From the NCBI RefSeq assembly GCF_053078305.1, contig NZ_CP166879.1: a DNA stretch of 64,000 nucleotides; one strand, given 5' to 3'. The notes below the pieces were generated by a model. It was not told where the DNA came from. It searched no databases and was given only the letters and a program-made list of their open reading frames with translations. The number at the start of each line of letters is the position of its first letter. Within the stretch, counting starts at the first letter, position 1. Positions 42,593 through 52,460 of the stretch are shown here, in pieces. The position numbers and the translations under genes are program-made.

Positions 42593-43060
42593 ATGCAATT
42601 AAATACCAGACAGGCCAGAATTTTTAAGCTTGCCAACTTACTGGGCTCCGGCAAGCCTGTTTCCGCTACCGACATTATAACCTATCTGGACTGCTCAGAG
42701 CCGACATTAACACGGGCCCTCAAAGAGCTACGAAAGTCATATTCTGCAGAAATCAAATACAGTAAGGCAGGTCATTCCTATCATCTCGTTAATCCGGGTC
42801 AACTGGATAAAAAGACACTTCGCCGGATGAATGAGGCGCTTGCACAGAATGCTGATCTGAAAACCGGTGAGTCTACAGGAAAGGTCGTACTCGATAAGGA
42901 TAAAAAAACAGCCGTATCATTATCGCTACGCATGCGAATTTTAAGAAAAATTGACCGTCTGGCTGCACTGAGTGGATCGACCCGAAGTGAAGCTGTTGAA
43001 AAACTGGCACTGCATTCCGTTGACGAACTGATAAAAGAATACAGCGCTAAAAAATCCTGA
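42593..43060 (+). CDS. terW: ter operon regulator TerW-like protein
   Basis: 155 aa, size and genomic context fit TerW as I recall it. Confidence 0.55.
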   Translation: MQLNTRQARIFKLANLLGSGKPVSATDIITYLDCSEPTLTRALKELRKSYSAEIKYSKAGHSYHLVNPGQLDKKTLRRMNEALAQNADLKTGESTGKVVLDKDKKTAVSLSLRMRILRKIDRLAALSGSTRSEAVEKLALHSVDELIKEYSAKKS

Positions 43061-43326
43061 TGACAAATCTCAGCTCGGGGTGAATACCCCGGTTTTTTCA
43101 TATTTCAACTCTGTCTTGGCGTGACGTATTTTTGATCTATTCTCCTCCCGCAATGCCAGCAGCTCCTTACAGCCTACAAAACCTAGCGTCTTGACATCCT
43201 CTTGTGCTACGCATCAATCTTTGGGCGATTTACACTCCACTCATGCAAATCTGTGATGTATGATGATTTTCAGTAAGTGTAAACTGACTGCCGTATGTAG
43301 CCATTAAGCCAGTATTGGTAACGTAG

Positions 43327-44082
43327 ATGCCCACCTTTTCACTTATTTGGTGGACACCACTTTGTCTAACTCGTCAGATTCTGACCAAACGTTTCAGGCT
43401 GTACGCTTACTCTGAAGGGGGGAGAATAGTAGCCCGTGATAGCATTGAGCTAACTGACAGCCAGATCGCAGCACTAAAGCGTAAAGCCAGTGATGACGAG
43501 GCCTGTGGCGAAAGCGAAACGGCTCATCCGGGATATCTGGGTTCGCAGGACACGTTCTATGTAGGCAACCTGAAAGGTGTCGGGCGTATTTATCAGCAGA
43601 CGTTCGTTGATACGTACTCGAAAGTGGCTCACTGTAAGCTTTACGTCACCAAAACACCGATTACCGCGGCTGACTTACTGAATGATCGTGTACTGCCGTT
43701 TTATACGTCTCAGGGCCTGCCGATGCTGAGAATACTGACCGACAGAGGCACGGAGTACTGTGGCAAAGTAGAGCAGCATGATTATCAGCTTTATCTGGCA
43801 ATAAACGATATAGAACACACGAAAACAAAGGCGATGTCCCCGCAGACCAACGGCATCTGCGAGCGGTTCCATAAAACAATCCTGAACGAATTTTATCAGG
43901 TAACGTTCCGTAAAAAACTGTACGGCGATCCTGATACATTACAGTCGGATCTTGATGAATGGCTGGCTCACTATAATAATGAGCGAAGCCATCAGAGAAA
44001 AATGTGCAATGGGCGGACGCCAATGGAAACGTTACTTGATGGAAAGCGCATCTGGGCCGAGAAAAATTTAAGCCAGATGTAA
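43327..44082 (+). pseudogene. DDE transposase fragment (rve integrase-core domain), N-terminally truncated
   Basis: integrase-core-like region (HPGYLGSQDTFYVG ... LTDRGTEY ... NGICERFH); no upstream HTH domain. Confidence 0.55.
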
Positions 44083-44142
44083 TCTGACAGATACCTGTAT
44101 AAATAACCGGTAACTGTCAGATCAGGTCTGAGCTAATACAAA

Positions 44143-45348
44143 TTAAGGTTTTAAATTCATTAAGTAATCAATATCAACTGGATGATTATAATCCACTGAC
44201 TCAAATCCAAAACCATTTAATTGTAAAAATTCTTTTTTGTATCCGATATAATCACCTACAGAAGTAAAGTTTTCATCATTCATTTTTGACATCAAATCAA
44301 TTACTTTTTGTTGCACATCCTCTCTTAATTCAAGATCGTCTATGCGAATTAGTCTTGATGAATCAACAACAACATTATCGACATTGTATAAATATTCAGT
44401 AAAAAGACGATGCATTTGTCCAATACATGTTTCATGCAATCCCATAGACTTCATTACCTTATATAAGCAGAGTATATAAGGAGAGAAACAGGGAATATAC
44501 ACACTAGCCTTCGTAACTAAAGCTTTACAAACTACTACATAAGCGCCACTATGTTTATCTGTGGAAATTAATTTATTTAGACGATCAGATGTTTCGTGTA
44601 AATGTTGTTTGGCTTTTCCTAATGTCCCTGTATGATAAATCGGATAAGTCATTTCTGGACCGATATATGAAAAAGCAATTGTTTTGGTCTTCTTAGTAAG
44701 AACATTATTTTCCTTTAACCAAAGTATCCATGACTCCCAGTCATCCCCCCCCATAACTTTTATAGTATCTGCAATTTCAGCCTCTGAAGCAACATCAATA
44801 ATTGTTGATTCAAGTTTATTATCTTCGATATTAACCGTTTTCCCTGTAAAAGCACTGCCAGTCGTTTTTAAACAGGAACGCCAAATGTTACCTGTTGCTG
44901 GATCTGACCTTTGCCCTGTGGCCAGACTATATATAATAAGATCGACCTCGCCATCAAAATCCTTATTTATTAAGTTAAGAACTTTATTTTTTACATCATC
45001 AGAGAAAGCATCGCCAATAACATTATGAGCAATTCTGCCTTCAGCTTCAGCAAATTCCTTAAAGAATATATTATTATACCATCCTGCAGTTCCTATAGAT
45101 TTCTCAGAGGGACCTTTTTCAAACGAAACTCCGATAGAATCGCACTTTGCGCCGCCAAAAGTGAGAGAAATTCTTGCAGCAAGACCAAATCCTGAAGATG
45201 CACCGAGAATCAGAACTCGTTTCGGGCCATTATTAATTTGCTGAAGATGGGACTGGCAATACTTAATCTGTTCCATTATCGCATGACGACATCCCTCTGG
45301 ATGAGCACTTTTCGAGACAACACCTTTAATTACAGGTTTTATAATCAT
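44143..45348 (-). CDS. fabV: trans-2-enoyl-CoA (or -ACP) reductase, FabV/TER family
   Basis: 401 aa; MIIKPVIKGVV, KRVLILGASSGFGLAARI and SYIGPEMTYPIY match FabV/TER throughout. Confidence 0.85.
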   Translation of the reverse strand: MIIKPVIKGVVSKSAHPEGCRHAIMEQIKYCQSHLQQINNGPKRVLILGASSGFGLAARISLTFGGAKCDSIGVSFEKGPSEKSIGTAGWYNNIFFKEFAEAEGRIAHNVIGDAFSDDVKNKVLNLINKDFDGEVDLIIYSLATGQRSDPATGNIWRSCLKTTGSAFTGKTVNIEDNKLESTIIDVASEAEIADTIKVMGGDDWESWILWLKENNVLTKKTKTIAFSYIGPEMTYPIYHTGTLGKAKQHLHETSDRLNKLISTDKHSGAYVVVCKALVTKASVYIPCFSPYILCLYKVMKSMGLHETCIGQMHRLFTEYLYNVDNVVVDSSRLIRIDDLELREDVQQKVIDLMSKMNDENFTSVGDYIGYKKEFLQLNGFGFESVDYNHPVDIDYLMNLKP

Positions 45349-45373
45349 ATAAGGTCCTTGATAGTTAAATAAA

Positions 45374-45790
45374 TTAAGATTTTGGAGCCATGACTACTGC
45401 AATGCCTTCGATTACAACCTCATCATTTTGATTTGTTGTGATTGTTGAAAGCTTTACAATATTTTTTTCTTTATTAATATCAACTACCTCGCAAGTTGCT
45501 TTAACAGTGTCACCAATAAAAACAGGTTTGCGAAAATTGTTTTCCTGACGAAGATATATTGTGCCTTCACCTGGGAGTTTCATACCTAATACTGCTGATG
45601 TTAGAGATGATACAAGAACACCATGAGCTACTCGTTTCTTGAAAATACTCTTCTTTGCAGCTTCCTCATTAATATGAACAGAATTAATATCGCCAGAAAT
45701 ACCAGAAAAAATTAAAACATCTGCCTCTGTTATTGTTTTTTCAAAGCTCGCCTTCTGACCTAAGTGTAGTTTATCAATAGTGTATACCAT
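45374..45790 (-). CDS. MaoC-like (R)-specific enoyl-CoA hydratase / dehydratase
   Basis: 138-aa hot-dog-fold-like protein (DINSVHINEEAAKKSIFKKRVAHGVL). Confidence 0.75.
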   Translation of the reverse strand: MVYTIDKLHLGQKASFEKTITEADVLIFSGISGDINSVHINEEAAKKSIFKKRVAHGVLVSSLTSAVLGMKLPGEGTIYLRQENNFRKPVFIGDTVKATCEVVDINKEKNIVKLSTITTNQNDEVVIEGIAVVMAPKS

Positions 45791-45792
45791 GA

Positions 45793-47358
45793 TTAATCCT
45801 TTAGTTCTAATCCCATCGGTTGTTCCAAAAAAATACGCTCATCCATAATTTTCAAAGACGGAGAAATTTCTGGAACAAACTCCATGCATTCAATAATATT
45901 TTTTTGCAAATCGACTCCGGGCGCTATTTCAATCAACTCAATGGATTTTTGAGAAAGTCTAAAAACAGCACGCTCTGTAATATAAAACACTTCTTTATTA
46001 TTTTTCCTTGCAGTATCTGACGAGAAAGTGATTTGTTGAACCTTCTTAATGAATTTTTTTACACTCCCATCCTCTTTTATATGCAATTTCCCATTGCTGA
46101 CATAAATCTTATTTTTTCCAGCAGTGAAAGAACCGCAGAAATATACTTTTTTAGCATTTTGAGTTATGTTAATAAATCCTCCGCACCCTGCAATTTTTGT
46201 TCCAAATTTAGAAACATTTAAATCTCCTTTTTCATCTGTTTCAGCTAATCCAAGAAACGCTTGATCAAGCCCACCACCGTCATAGAAATCAAACATCTGA
46301 TCCTGAGTAATTATCGCCTGAGGGAACGAAGAAGCTCCAAATGACAGACCTCCAGCAGGCGTTCCTCCAATTGCACCTGGTTCAACAGTTGCGATAAGTT
46401 CGGAGGTAATCCCCTCTTCATCTGTTACTTCAGCTATAACTTCAGGTGCCCCTATGCCATAATTTACAACTGCATTTTTTTTCAGTTCCATTGCGGCTCG
46501 TCGAGCTATAATTTTTTTTATATCAAGAGGGCGTGTTTCTTTGTCTTTTACCTCTTTTACACCTTTCCCGACATAGCTGAAGTTCATATACTCCGCAAAA
46601 GTTTGCATATGATATTCATCTTCAGAAACAACAACAGCATCAACATAAATACCTGGAATTCTGACTTGTAAAGGATCTAATGTACCGTCACGTACTATTT
46701 GTTTTACCTGAACAATAACTTTCCCTCCATTATTATGGACTAACTGGGCTGCAGCTAGGTTTTCAAGAATCAAACATTCATCCTCCATTGTTATATTCCC
46801 ACTCTGATCAGATGTAGTACCTCTGAGGATTGCTATGTTAGCATCAATCTTCTTATAAAATAGGTTTTCCACACCATTAATTTCTGTGACGGACACAATA
46901 TCCTCTTGTGTTTTATCATTAATTTTCCCGCCCTCTACGCGGGGATCAACAAATGTACCTAAACCAACATGAGTTAATGTCCCTAACTTCCCAGCAGCAC
47001 AATCTCGGAATAAATGGCAAATAACCCCTTGAGGAAGATTATAACCCGTAATTTTTCCCTCATTAGCTAACTTCTGCAATTTAGGTATTAGTCCCCAATG
47101 CCCGCCAATGGCACTAGTGACAAGCCCCTCATGAGATAAATGATTGACAGCTTTTGTTCCTGCATCCCCTTGACCAGCAGCAAAAATAATCTTGAGATTT
47201 CTTGGTTTTCCCGTTTTCAAAAAACGATCTTCTATGCCTTTTTCTATACACTCAGGAACAACTGCACCAATAAATCCGCCAAGAATAACACAATCATTAT
47301 CATGAATCATATTTACGGCATCTTCTAGTGTACATTGTTTTCTTGAATAAATAGACAT
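45793..47358 (-). CDS. acyl-CoA:acetate/3-ketoacid CoA-transferase (YdiF / propionate-CoA-transferase-like)
   Basis: 521-aa fused family-I CoA-transferase. Confidence 0.75.
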   Translation of the reverse strand: MSIYSRKQCTLEDAVNMIHDNDCVILGGFIGAVVPECIEKGIEDRFLKTGKPRNLKIIFAAGQGDAGTKAVNHLSHEGLVTSAIGGHWGLIPKLQKLANEGKITGYNLPQGVICHLFRDCAAGKLGTLTHVGLGTFVDPRVEGGKINDKTQEDIVSVTEINGVENLFYKKIDANIAILRGTTSDQSGNITMEDECLILENLAAAQLVHNNGGKVIVQVKQIVRDGTLDPLQVRIPGIYVDAVVVSEDEYHMQTFAEYMNFSYVGKGVKEVKDKETRPLDIKKIIARRAAMELKKNAVVNYGIGAPEVIAEVTDEEGITSELIATVEPGAIGGTPAGGLSFGASSFPQAIITQDQMFDFYDGGGLDQAFLGLAETDEKGDLNVSKFGTKIAGCGGFINITQNAKKVYFCGSFTAGKNKIYVSNGKLHIKEDGSVKKFIKKVQQITFSSDTARKNNKEVFYITERAVFRLSQKSIELIEIAPGVDLQKNIIECMEFVPEISPSLKIMDERIFLEQPMGLELKD

Positions 47359-47370
47359 ATTAAACCTCTT

Positions 47371-48708
47371 TTAAATTAAAAATAAGAATGCATATACCAA
47401 CATGGAGAGAACCGCAAATGCGGGAAACACACAAGTAACAATAAAAAGCTCTTTATAACTTTGCTTATGAGATAAGCCACAAACTCCTAGCAATGTGATA
47501 ATAAAGCCAGAATGAGGAAGCGTATCCAGCGTTGATGCACTAAAAACAATAATACGATGCATTAAACCTGGCGAAATATTCTGAGCTTGAGATAGTTCTA
47601 ATAAGTCTTGACCAAACGTTACCATAACTAATCCCACCCCTCCTGATGTTGAGCCCACTATTCCCGAAAGAATTGCTGTACCTATAATTGCAGGAAATAA
47701 TGCTACTCCAGGAATAGAAAAAATTGTTGTTTGAATAAGGGTAAACACAGGAAGGACTTTAATTACCCCACCATAACCAACTTGGGTAGATGTATTAAAT
47801 ATTGGTAAAAGAGACTCTGTAGCACCTAATGTAAGTGTTTTCTTTATATCACTTTTAAAAGTATTCCAGTAAATACAAATAGTGACGACAATAGCAATTG
47901 CTATGGAAATTAAAATTGCCCATGTTCCCTGAACACCTCCAAAATCTCTGTAATAATCAACCACTTCGTCAATCTGGAAAAAATATGTTAAAAATGCATT
48001 TCCTATAATAACTATCAGTATAGGTATAAATGCCAAAGTAACTTTTCCAGTCTCAAGATTACAGTCATTACTTACTTCTGTACCATATCCTTCTCCTTTT
48101 ATCTTAGCATTTTTAATTTTTGCAGACATATACCATACAGCGAACAATAACCATACAGCAGTGCCAACGATACCAATTACTAAACCTGAATATATGGTTG
48201 TATTGAACACAGGAATTGGTATTGCATTTATAAACTGGGCAGAACCAGGAGCCACATATGCTGGTAAGCAACCAGCACAGATAGCACTGGGTAATAATCT
48301 TTGAGGGTAATTACTTTTTATAAATATAGTTCTCGCAATAGGTAAAACTGCAAAAACCACAACAAAAACTGATATTCCTCCATAAGTTAATAAAAATGAT
48401 GCAATAATAACTGCAATAATAGCCCTCTTCTCACCCATTTTATCTGATATAAAATGGGCAATAGTTAATGCTGCACCACTTGCATTCATTAATGTTCCAA
48501 AAACAGCACCAACAAGAAATATAGGGAAGTATGCGGATATAAAACTCACAACCGAGTCCATAAATGGACCGGTCCATGAATAAAAAACAGGAATATCACT
48601 TCCCATAAAGACAGCCAGCATTGCCATCAAAGGGGATACTATCAGAACTGGAAAACCACGATATATGAGATATATTAGTAAAATAAGTGAAATTATCAAG
48701 CCTATCAT
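47371..48708 (-). CDS. GntP-family permease (putative short-chain carboxylate transporter)
   Basis: multi-pass membrane protein; ORF starts with TTG at 48759, ATG at 48708 (MIGLIISL) is likelier. Confidence 0.65.
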   Translation of the reverse strand: MIGLIISLILLIYLIYRGFPVLIVSPLMAMLAVFMGSDIPVFYSWTGPFMDSVVSFISAYFPIFLVGAVFGTLMNASGAALTIAHFISDKMGEKRAIIAVIIASFLLTYGGISVFVVVFAVLPIARTIFIKSNYPQRLLPSAICAGCLPAYVAPGSAQFINAIPIPVFNTTIYSGLVIGIVGTAVWLLFAVWYMSAKIKNAKIKGEGYGTEVSNDCNLETGKVTLAFIPILIVIIGNAFLTYFFQIDEVVDYYRDFGGVQGTWAILISIAIAIVVTICIYWNTFKSDIKKTLTLGATESLLPIFNTSTQVGYGGVIKVLPVFTLIQTTIFSIPGVALFPAIIGTAILSGIVGSTSGGVGLVMVTFGQDLLELSQAQNISPGLMHRIIVFSASTLDTLPHSGFIITLLGVCGLSHKQSYKELFIVTCVFPAFAVLSMLVYAFLFLI

Positions 48709-48777
48709 ATTATAACTCTCAATATTAATATTATTATTTAAGTATCTCCTGACAAGCAAGAGATACTTATTTCAAAG

Positions 48778-49986
48778 TTAACTGCACAATTCGATAATAA
48801 CAGCTGTCCCCATTCCTCCACCAATACAAAGGGAGGCGAGACCTCTTTTTTTATTATTTTTTATCATTTGATATAATAAAGAAACAACAATTCTTGAGCC
48901 AGATGCTCCCAAAGGATGGCCTAGAGCTATCGCCCCTCCATTAACATTTGTTCTTTGATTTAGCCAATCAATACTAACTGAGTGATTTTCAGAAATACTT
49001 TTTAAGACCCCTATTGCCTGAGCCGCAAACGCCTCGTTAATTTCAAAAAGATCAATATCTTTAATATCCAGTTTTGCTTTTTTTAATGCATTATCTATTG
49101 CTGGAACAGGCCCCAGCCCCATCACTGATGCATCAACGCCTCCTTGTCCAAATGAGCGAATTTCAGCCAAAGGTTGTAATTCCAATGTCTGAATTGCTTT
49201 CTCTGAAGTAAGAATAAGAGCTGCTGCACCATCGTTTATTCCAGATGAATTTCCTGCAGTCACGGTACCATTTTTTTCAAATGCTGGACGTAACACAGAA
49301 AGTTTCTCTAATGAGGAGTCTCTACGAGGATACTCATCTGTAGTAACTTCAATATTTCCTTTTCGGGTATGTACTTGTACCGGAGTAATTTCATCCTCAA
49401 ATTCTCCATTGTCAATGGCCTTTAAGGCTCTCTTCTGACTTTCAAGCGCAAATGTATCCTGTTCATATCTTGTAATATTGAACTGTCGGGCTATATTTTC
49501 TGCTGTAATCCCCATATGATAGTGATTAAAAGCATCAGTAAGACCATCTGTAATAAGAGAGTCACTCATTACCTGATTACCCATTCGTACACCACTTCTT
49601 GCATGATGATCAATCAAGTAAGGTGCCTGACTCATATTCTCTATGCCTGCCGTAACAACAACATCCATATCTCCACTACGAATTTTCATTGCAGCATCGA
49701 TAATAGTTTTCATACCACTACCACAAATCATATTCAAAGTCAGAGCCGGAGTTTTCCATGGTATACCGGCTTTAACAGCAGCTTGTCTACCTGGCCCCAT
49801 TCCTTGTCCAGCAGACAAAACATTCCCGACAATAACTTCATCAATACATTCAACGTTTATTCTGCTCTGTTTAATTGCTGCAGATATCGCAATTGCTCCA
49901 AGATCTGAAGCTGACACTGTTGATAACGAACCGCCAAAACATCCTATAGGCGTTCTTTTTGCCCCTGTAATATATACTTTTTCCAT
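48778..49986 (-). CDS. acetyl-CoA C-acetyltransferase (thiolase II)
   Basis: 402 aa; thiolase signatures (NMICGSGMK, GAIALGHPLGASG, CIGGGMG); AGGAGG RBS. Confidence 0.9.
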   Translation of the reverse strand: MEKVYITGAKRTPIGCFGGSLSTVSASDLGAIAISAAIKQSRINVECIDEVIVGNVLSAGQGMGPGRQAAVKAGIPWKTPALTLNMICGSGMKTIIDAAMKIRSGDMDVVVTAGIENMSQAPYLIDHHARSGVRMGNQVMSDSLITDGLTDAFNHYHMGITAENIARQFNITRYEQDTFALESQKRALKAIDNGEFEDEITPVQVHTRKGNIEVTTDEYPRRDSSLEKLSVLRPAFEKNGTVTAGNSSGINDGAAALILTSEKAIQTLELQPLAEIRSFGQGGVDASVMGLGPVPAIDNALKKAKLDIKDIDLFEINEAFAAQAIGVLKSISENHSVSIDWLNQRTNVNGGAIALGHPLGASGSRIVVSLLYQMIKNNKKRGLASLCIGGGMGTAVIIELCS

Positions 49987-49995
49987 TCCTCCTCC

Positions 49996-50715
49996 TTAAA
50001 TAACTAATCCACCATCAATTTTTAATGTTTGACCAGTAATAAAAGATGATTTCTCACTAGCTAAAAAAAGAACACCATTCGAAATATCCTCAGGTGTTGC
50101 CATTCGCCCTAAAGGGGTTTTAGCTATCATATGGTTAATGACTTTCTCTGGCAGATTTTCTGTCATCGGGGTAATAACGAATCCTGGAGCTACACAATTC
50201 ACGCGTACTTTAGCACCTTTTCGGGAAAATTCTTTAGCCCAACCTTTAGACATTGCAATAACACCACCTTTAGTTGCGGCATAATTACTCTGACCTATAT
50301 TACCATCAGTTCCTACAACAGAAGACATTGTTATGATTGCCCCATGATTTTGTTCCATCATAATAGGTGCAACTGCCTGAGTTATATTAAAAACACCTTT
50401 AAGGTTTATATCAATTACAATATCCCAGTCTTGCTCTGTCATATTATTGATCAGATTATCTCTTGTAACTCCTGCGTTATTAACTAAAACATCTATTCTA
50501 CCTTCATCAGAATATATCTTACTAATTACTGTATTAATCGAATCCCGATCGCAAACATCAAGAATTACCGGAGTGACATTCTCTGGATAGGATTTATCAG
50601 TATGTTTTATATCACATGCATATACTCTTTTTACCTCTGATTTAGAAAAATCCTCCACAATTTTTCTTCCTATACCTTGTGCTGCTCCAGTAACTATACA
50701 TACTTTATTACGCAT
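49996..50715 (-). CDS. SDR-family 3-oxoacyl reductase (FabG / acetoacetyl-CoA reductase-like)
   Basis: 239 aa from ATG 50715; TGAAQGIGR Rossmann motif and Y-x3-K (YAATK) active site. Confidence 0.85.
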   Translation of the reverse strand: MRNKVCIVTGAAQGIGRKIVEDFSKSEVKRVYACDIKHTDKSYPENVTPVILDVCDRDSINTVISKIYSDEGRIDVLVNNAGVTRDNLINNMTEQDWDIVIDINLKGVFNITQAVAPIMMEQNHGAIITMSSVVGTDGNIGQSNYAATKGGVIAMSKGWAKEFSRKGAKVRVNCVAPGFVITPMTENLPEKVINHMIAKTPLGRMATPEDISNGVLFLASEKSSFITGQTLKIDGGLVI

Positions 50716-51088
50716 TTTTATTCCCTCATTTTTGAATATAGAACAGGATGCCTTTCGTTTTGCAACAAAACATCTTTTAACCATTCTCGTTCATAAAGTA
50801 AAACCTTAAAAATACAGAATCACAAAAAAAAAACACTTATAACACTCACGCAACAATCAAAAAATACATTATTTCCCAATGAGTTATCTGTTAATGAAAA
50901 AACAACCACTATATAAAGTGCAATAATCATCACAAACACCTCTTCAAAAATGAAAAACTGTACTTTATAAATAAAACACAAACCACATTACTTCACATTT
51001 ATCAGAAAAATTAAAAACAAAACTTGTTTGATAAATTTAATATGATATTTTCATATTGCATTGAAGTTTTGTTTGCTTGGGTTGATTC

Positions 51089-52003
51089 ATGATACTTGAT
51101 AAACTTTTATTCTTTACTGAAATCATAAATTCCGGTTCTATATCCGGCGCATCTAATTGCTTTAACATAAGCACTGCAACAGGTAGTCGTTGGGTAAAAG
51201 ATCTTGAAGATAAACTAAATGTTAAATTACTAAGAATCTCCAACAGAGGTATTGAACCTACAGAAGCAGGTATGGTTTTATTCAAAGAGTTTTCTTCTAT
51301 TAATGAAGACATAAATCAATTATATAAAAAGATAAATACCATAAACAATTCCAACAGTGGGGTTATTTCGATATCATCGACCCCATTATTTACAATGAAT
51401 TTTCTATCTACTATTATTGGTGAATATCTTTATAAATATCCTGACATACGTTTTCGCGTAGAGGAGTCACCAATTATTAATGAAAACAATAAAAATATTG
51501 ATTTTTATATAAAAGCATCGTCCACATATAAAGGACATATAGAAAATAATAGCGACTTAGTAAAAAAAGTGTTGTTCAGCTATCCATTGATACTATGCTG
51601 TTCTCCTGACTATATAAATAAATATGGAATACCCTCCAATCCATTCAGTTTAAAGCATCATAACTGTTTATACGCATCTTCTCTTGTTGGAGGGAATTGT
51701 TGGCATTTCTATATTCGTGATGAAATAACAACATTGGAAATAGCTAAAACAGTAAACATTGAAAATAGTGAGTTTTTAAAAGCAGTTGCACTAATGGGTG
51801 GGGGGATAGCATACTTACCATATCCTCTTGTTCAATCAGAAATACTGTCAGGAAAACTAGTATCAATAATGAATGATTATATTAAAACTCGTTTTGAAGT
51901 AAGTCTGTGGTTTAGGAAGCCCCTATCCTTGCGTTGTGTTACATTTAGGAATTTCCTAGTAGAAAGAGCCTCACAACTCAAGGATACTGTACAATTCAGA
52001 TAA
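51089..52003 (+). CDS. LysR-family transcriptional regulator, divergent from the acyl-CoA operon
   Basis: 304 aa; N-terminal HTH and LysR substrate-binding-domain-like remainder; AT-rich like the operon. Confidence 0.8.
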   Translation: MILDKLLFFTEIINSGSISGASNCFNISTATGSRWVKDLEDKLNVKLLRISNRGIEPTEAGMVLFKEFSSINEDINQLYKKINTINNSNSGVISISSTPLFTMNFLSTIIGEYLYKYPDIRFRVEESPIINENNKNIDFYIKASSTYKGHIENNSDLVKKVLFSYPLILCCSPDYINKYGIPSNPFSLKHHNCLYASSLVGGNCWHFYIRDEITTLEIAKTVNIENSEFLKAVALMGGGIAYLPYPLVQSEILSGKLVSIMNDYIKTRFEVSLWFRKPLSLRCVTFRNFLVERASQLKDTVQFR

Positions 52004-52176
52004 ATCACTTAACTTGATGCATCAATCACCCAGCGACCAGTTATGCTCATCATAATCATTATTCAGGTGTGAGCATAATGAGCATAACCCAGCGATCCAG
52101 ACAGGTTCCCTGAATCTCCAGACAACCAATATCAATTAAATAAGTGATAGTCTAAAAACTAGTCATTAGAGAACAG

Positions 52177-52460
52177 ATGATTGATGTCTTAGGGCCGGAG
52201 AAACGCGGACGGCGTACCACACAGGAAAAGATCGCTATTGTTCAGCAGAACTTTGAACCGGGAATAACTGTCTCCCTCGTTGCACGGCAACACGGTGTGA
52301 CAGCCAGTTATTTCTCTGGCGTAAGCAATACCAGGAAGGAAATCTCACTGCTGTGGCTGCTGGAGAACAGGTTGTTCTGGCCTCTGAGCTTGCTGCCGCC
52401 ATGAAGCACATTAAAGAACTCCAGCGCCTGCCCGGCAAGAAATCTATGGTCCCCACCATT
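52177..52460 (+). pseudogene. IS2 orfA (InsC-like), interrupted
   Basis: [29 protein letters not shown] matches IS3-family/IS2 OrfA; reading frame breaks, then the IS110 element begins. Confidence 0.65.
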
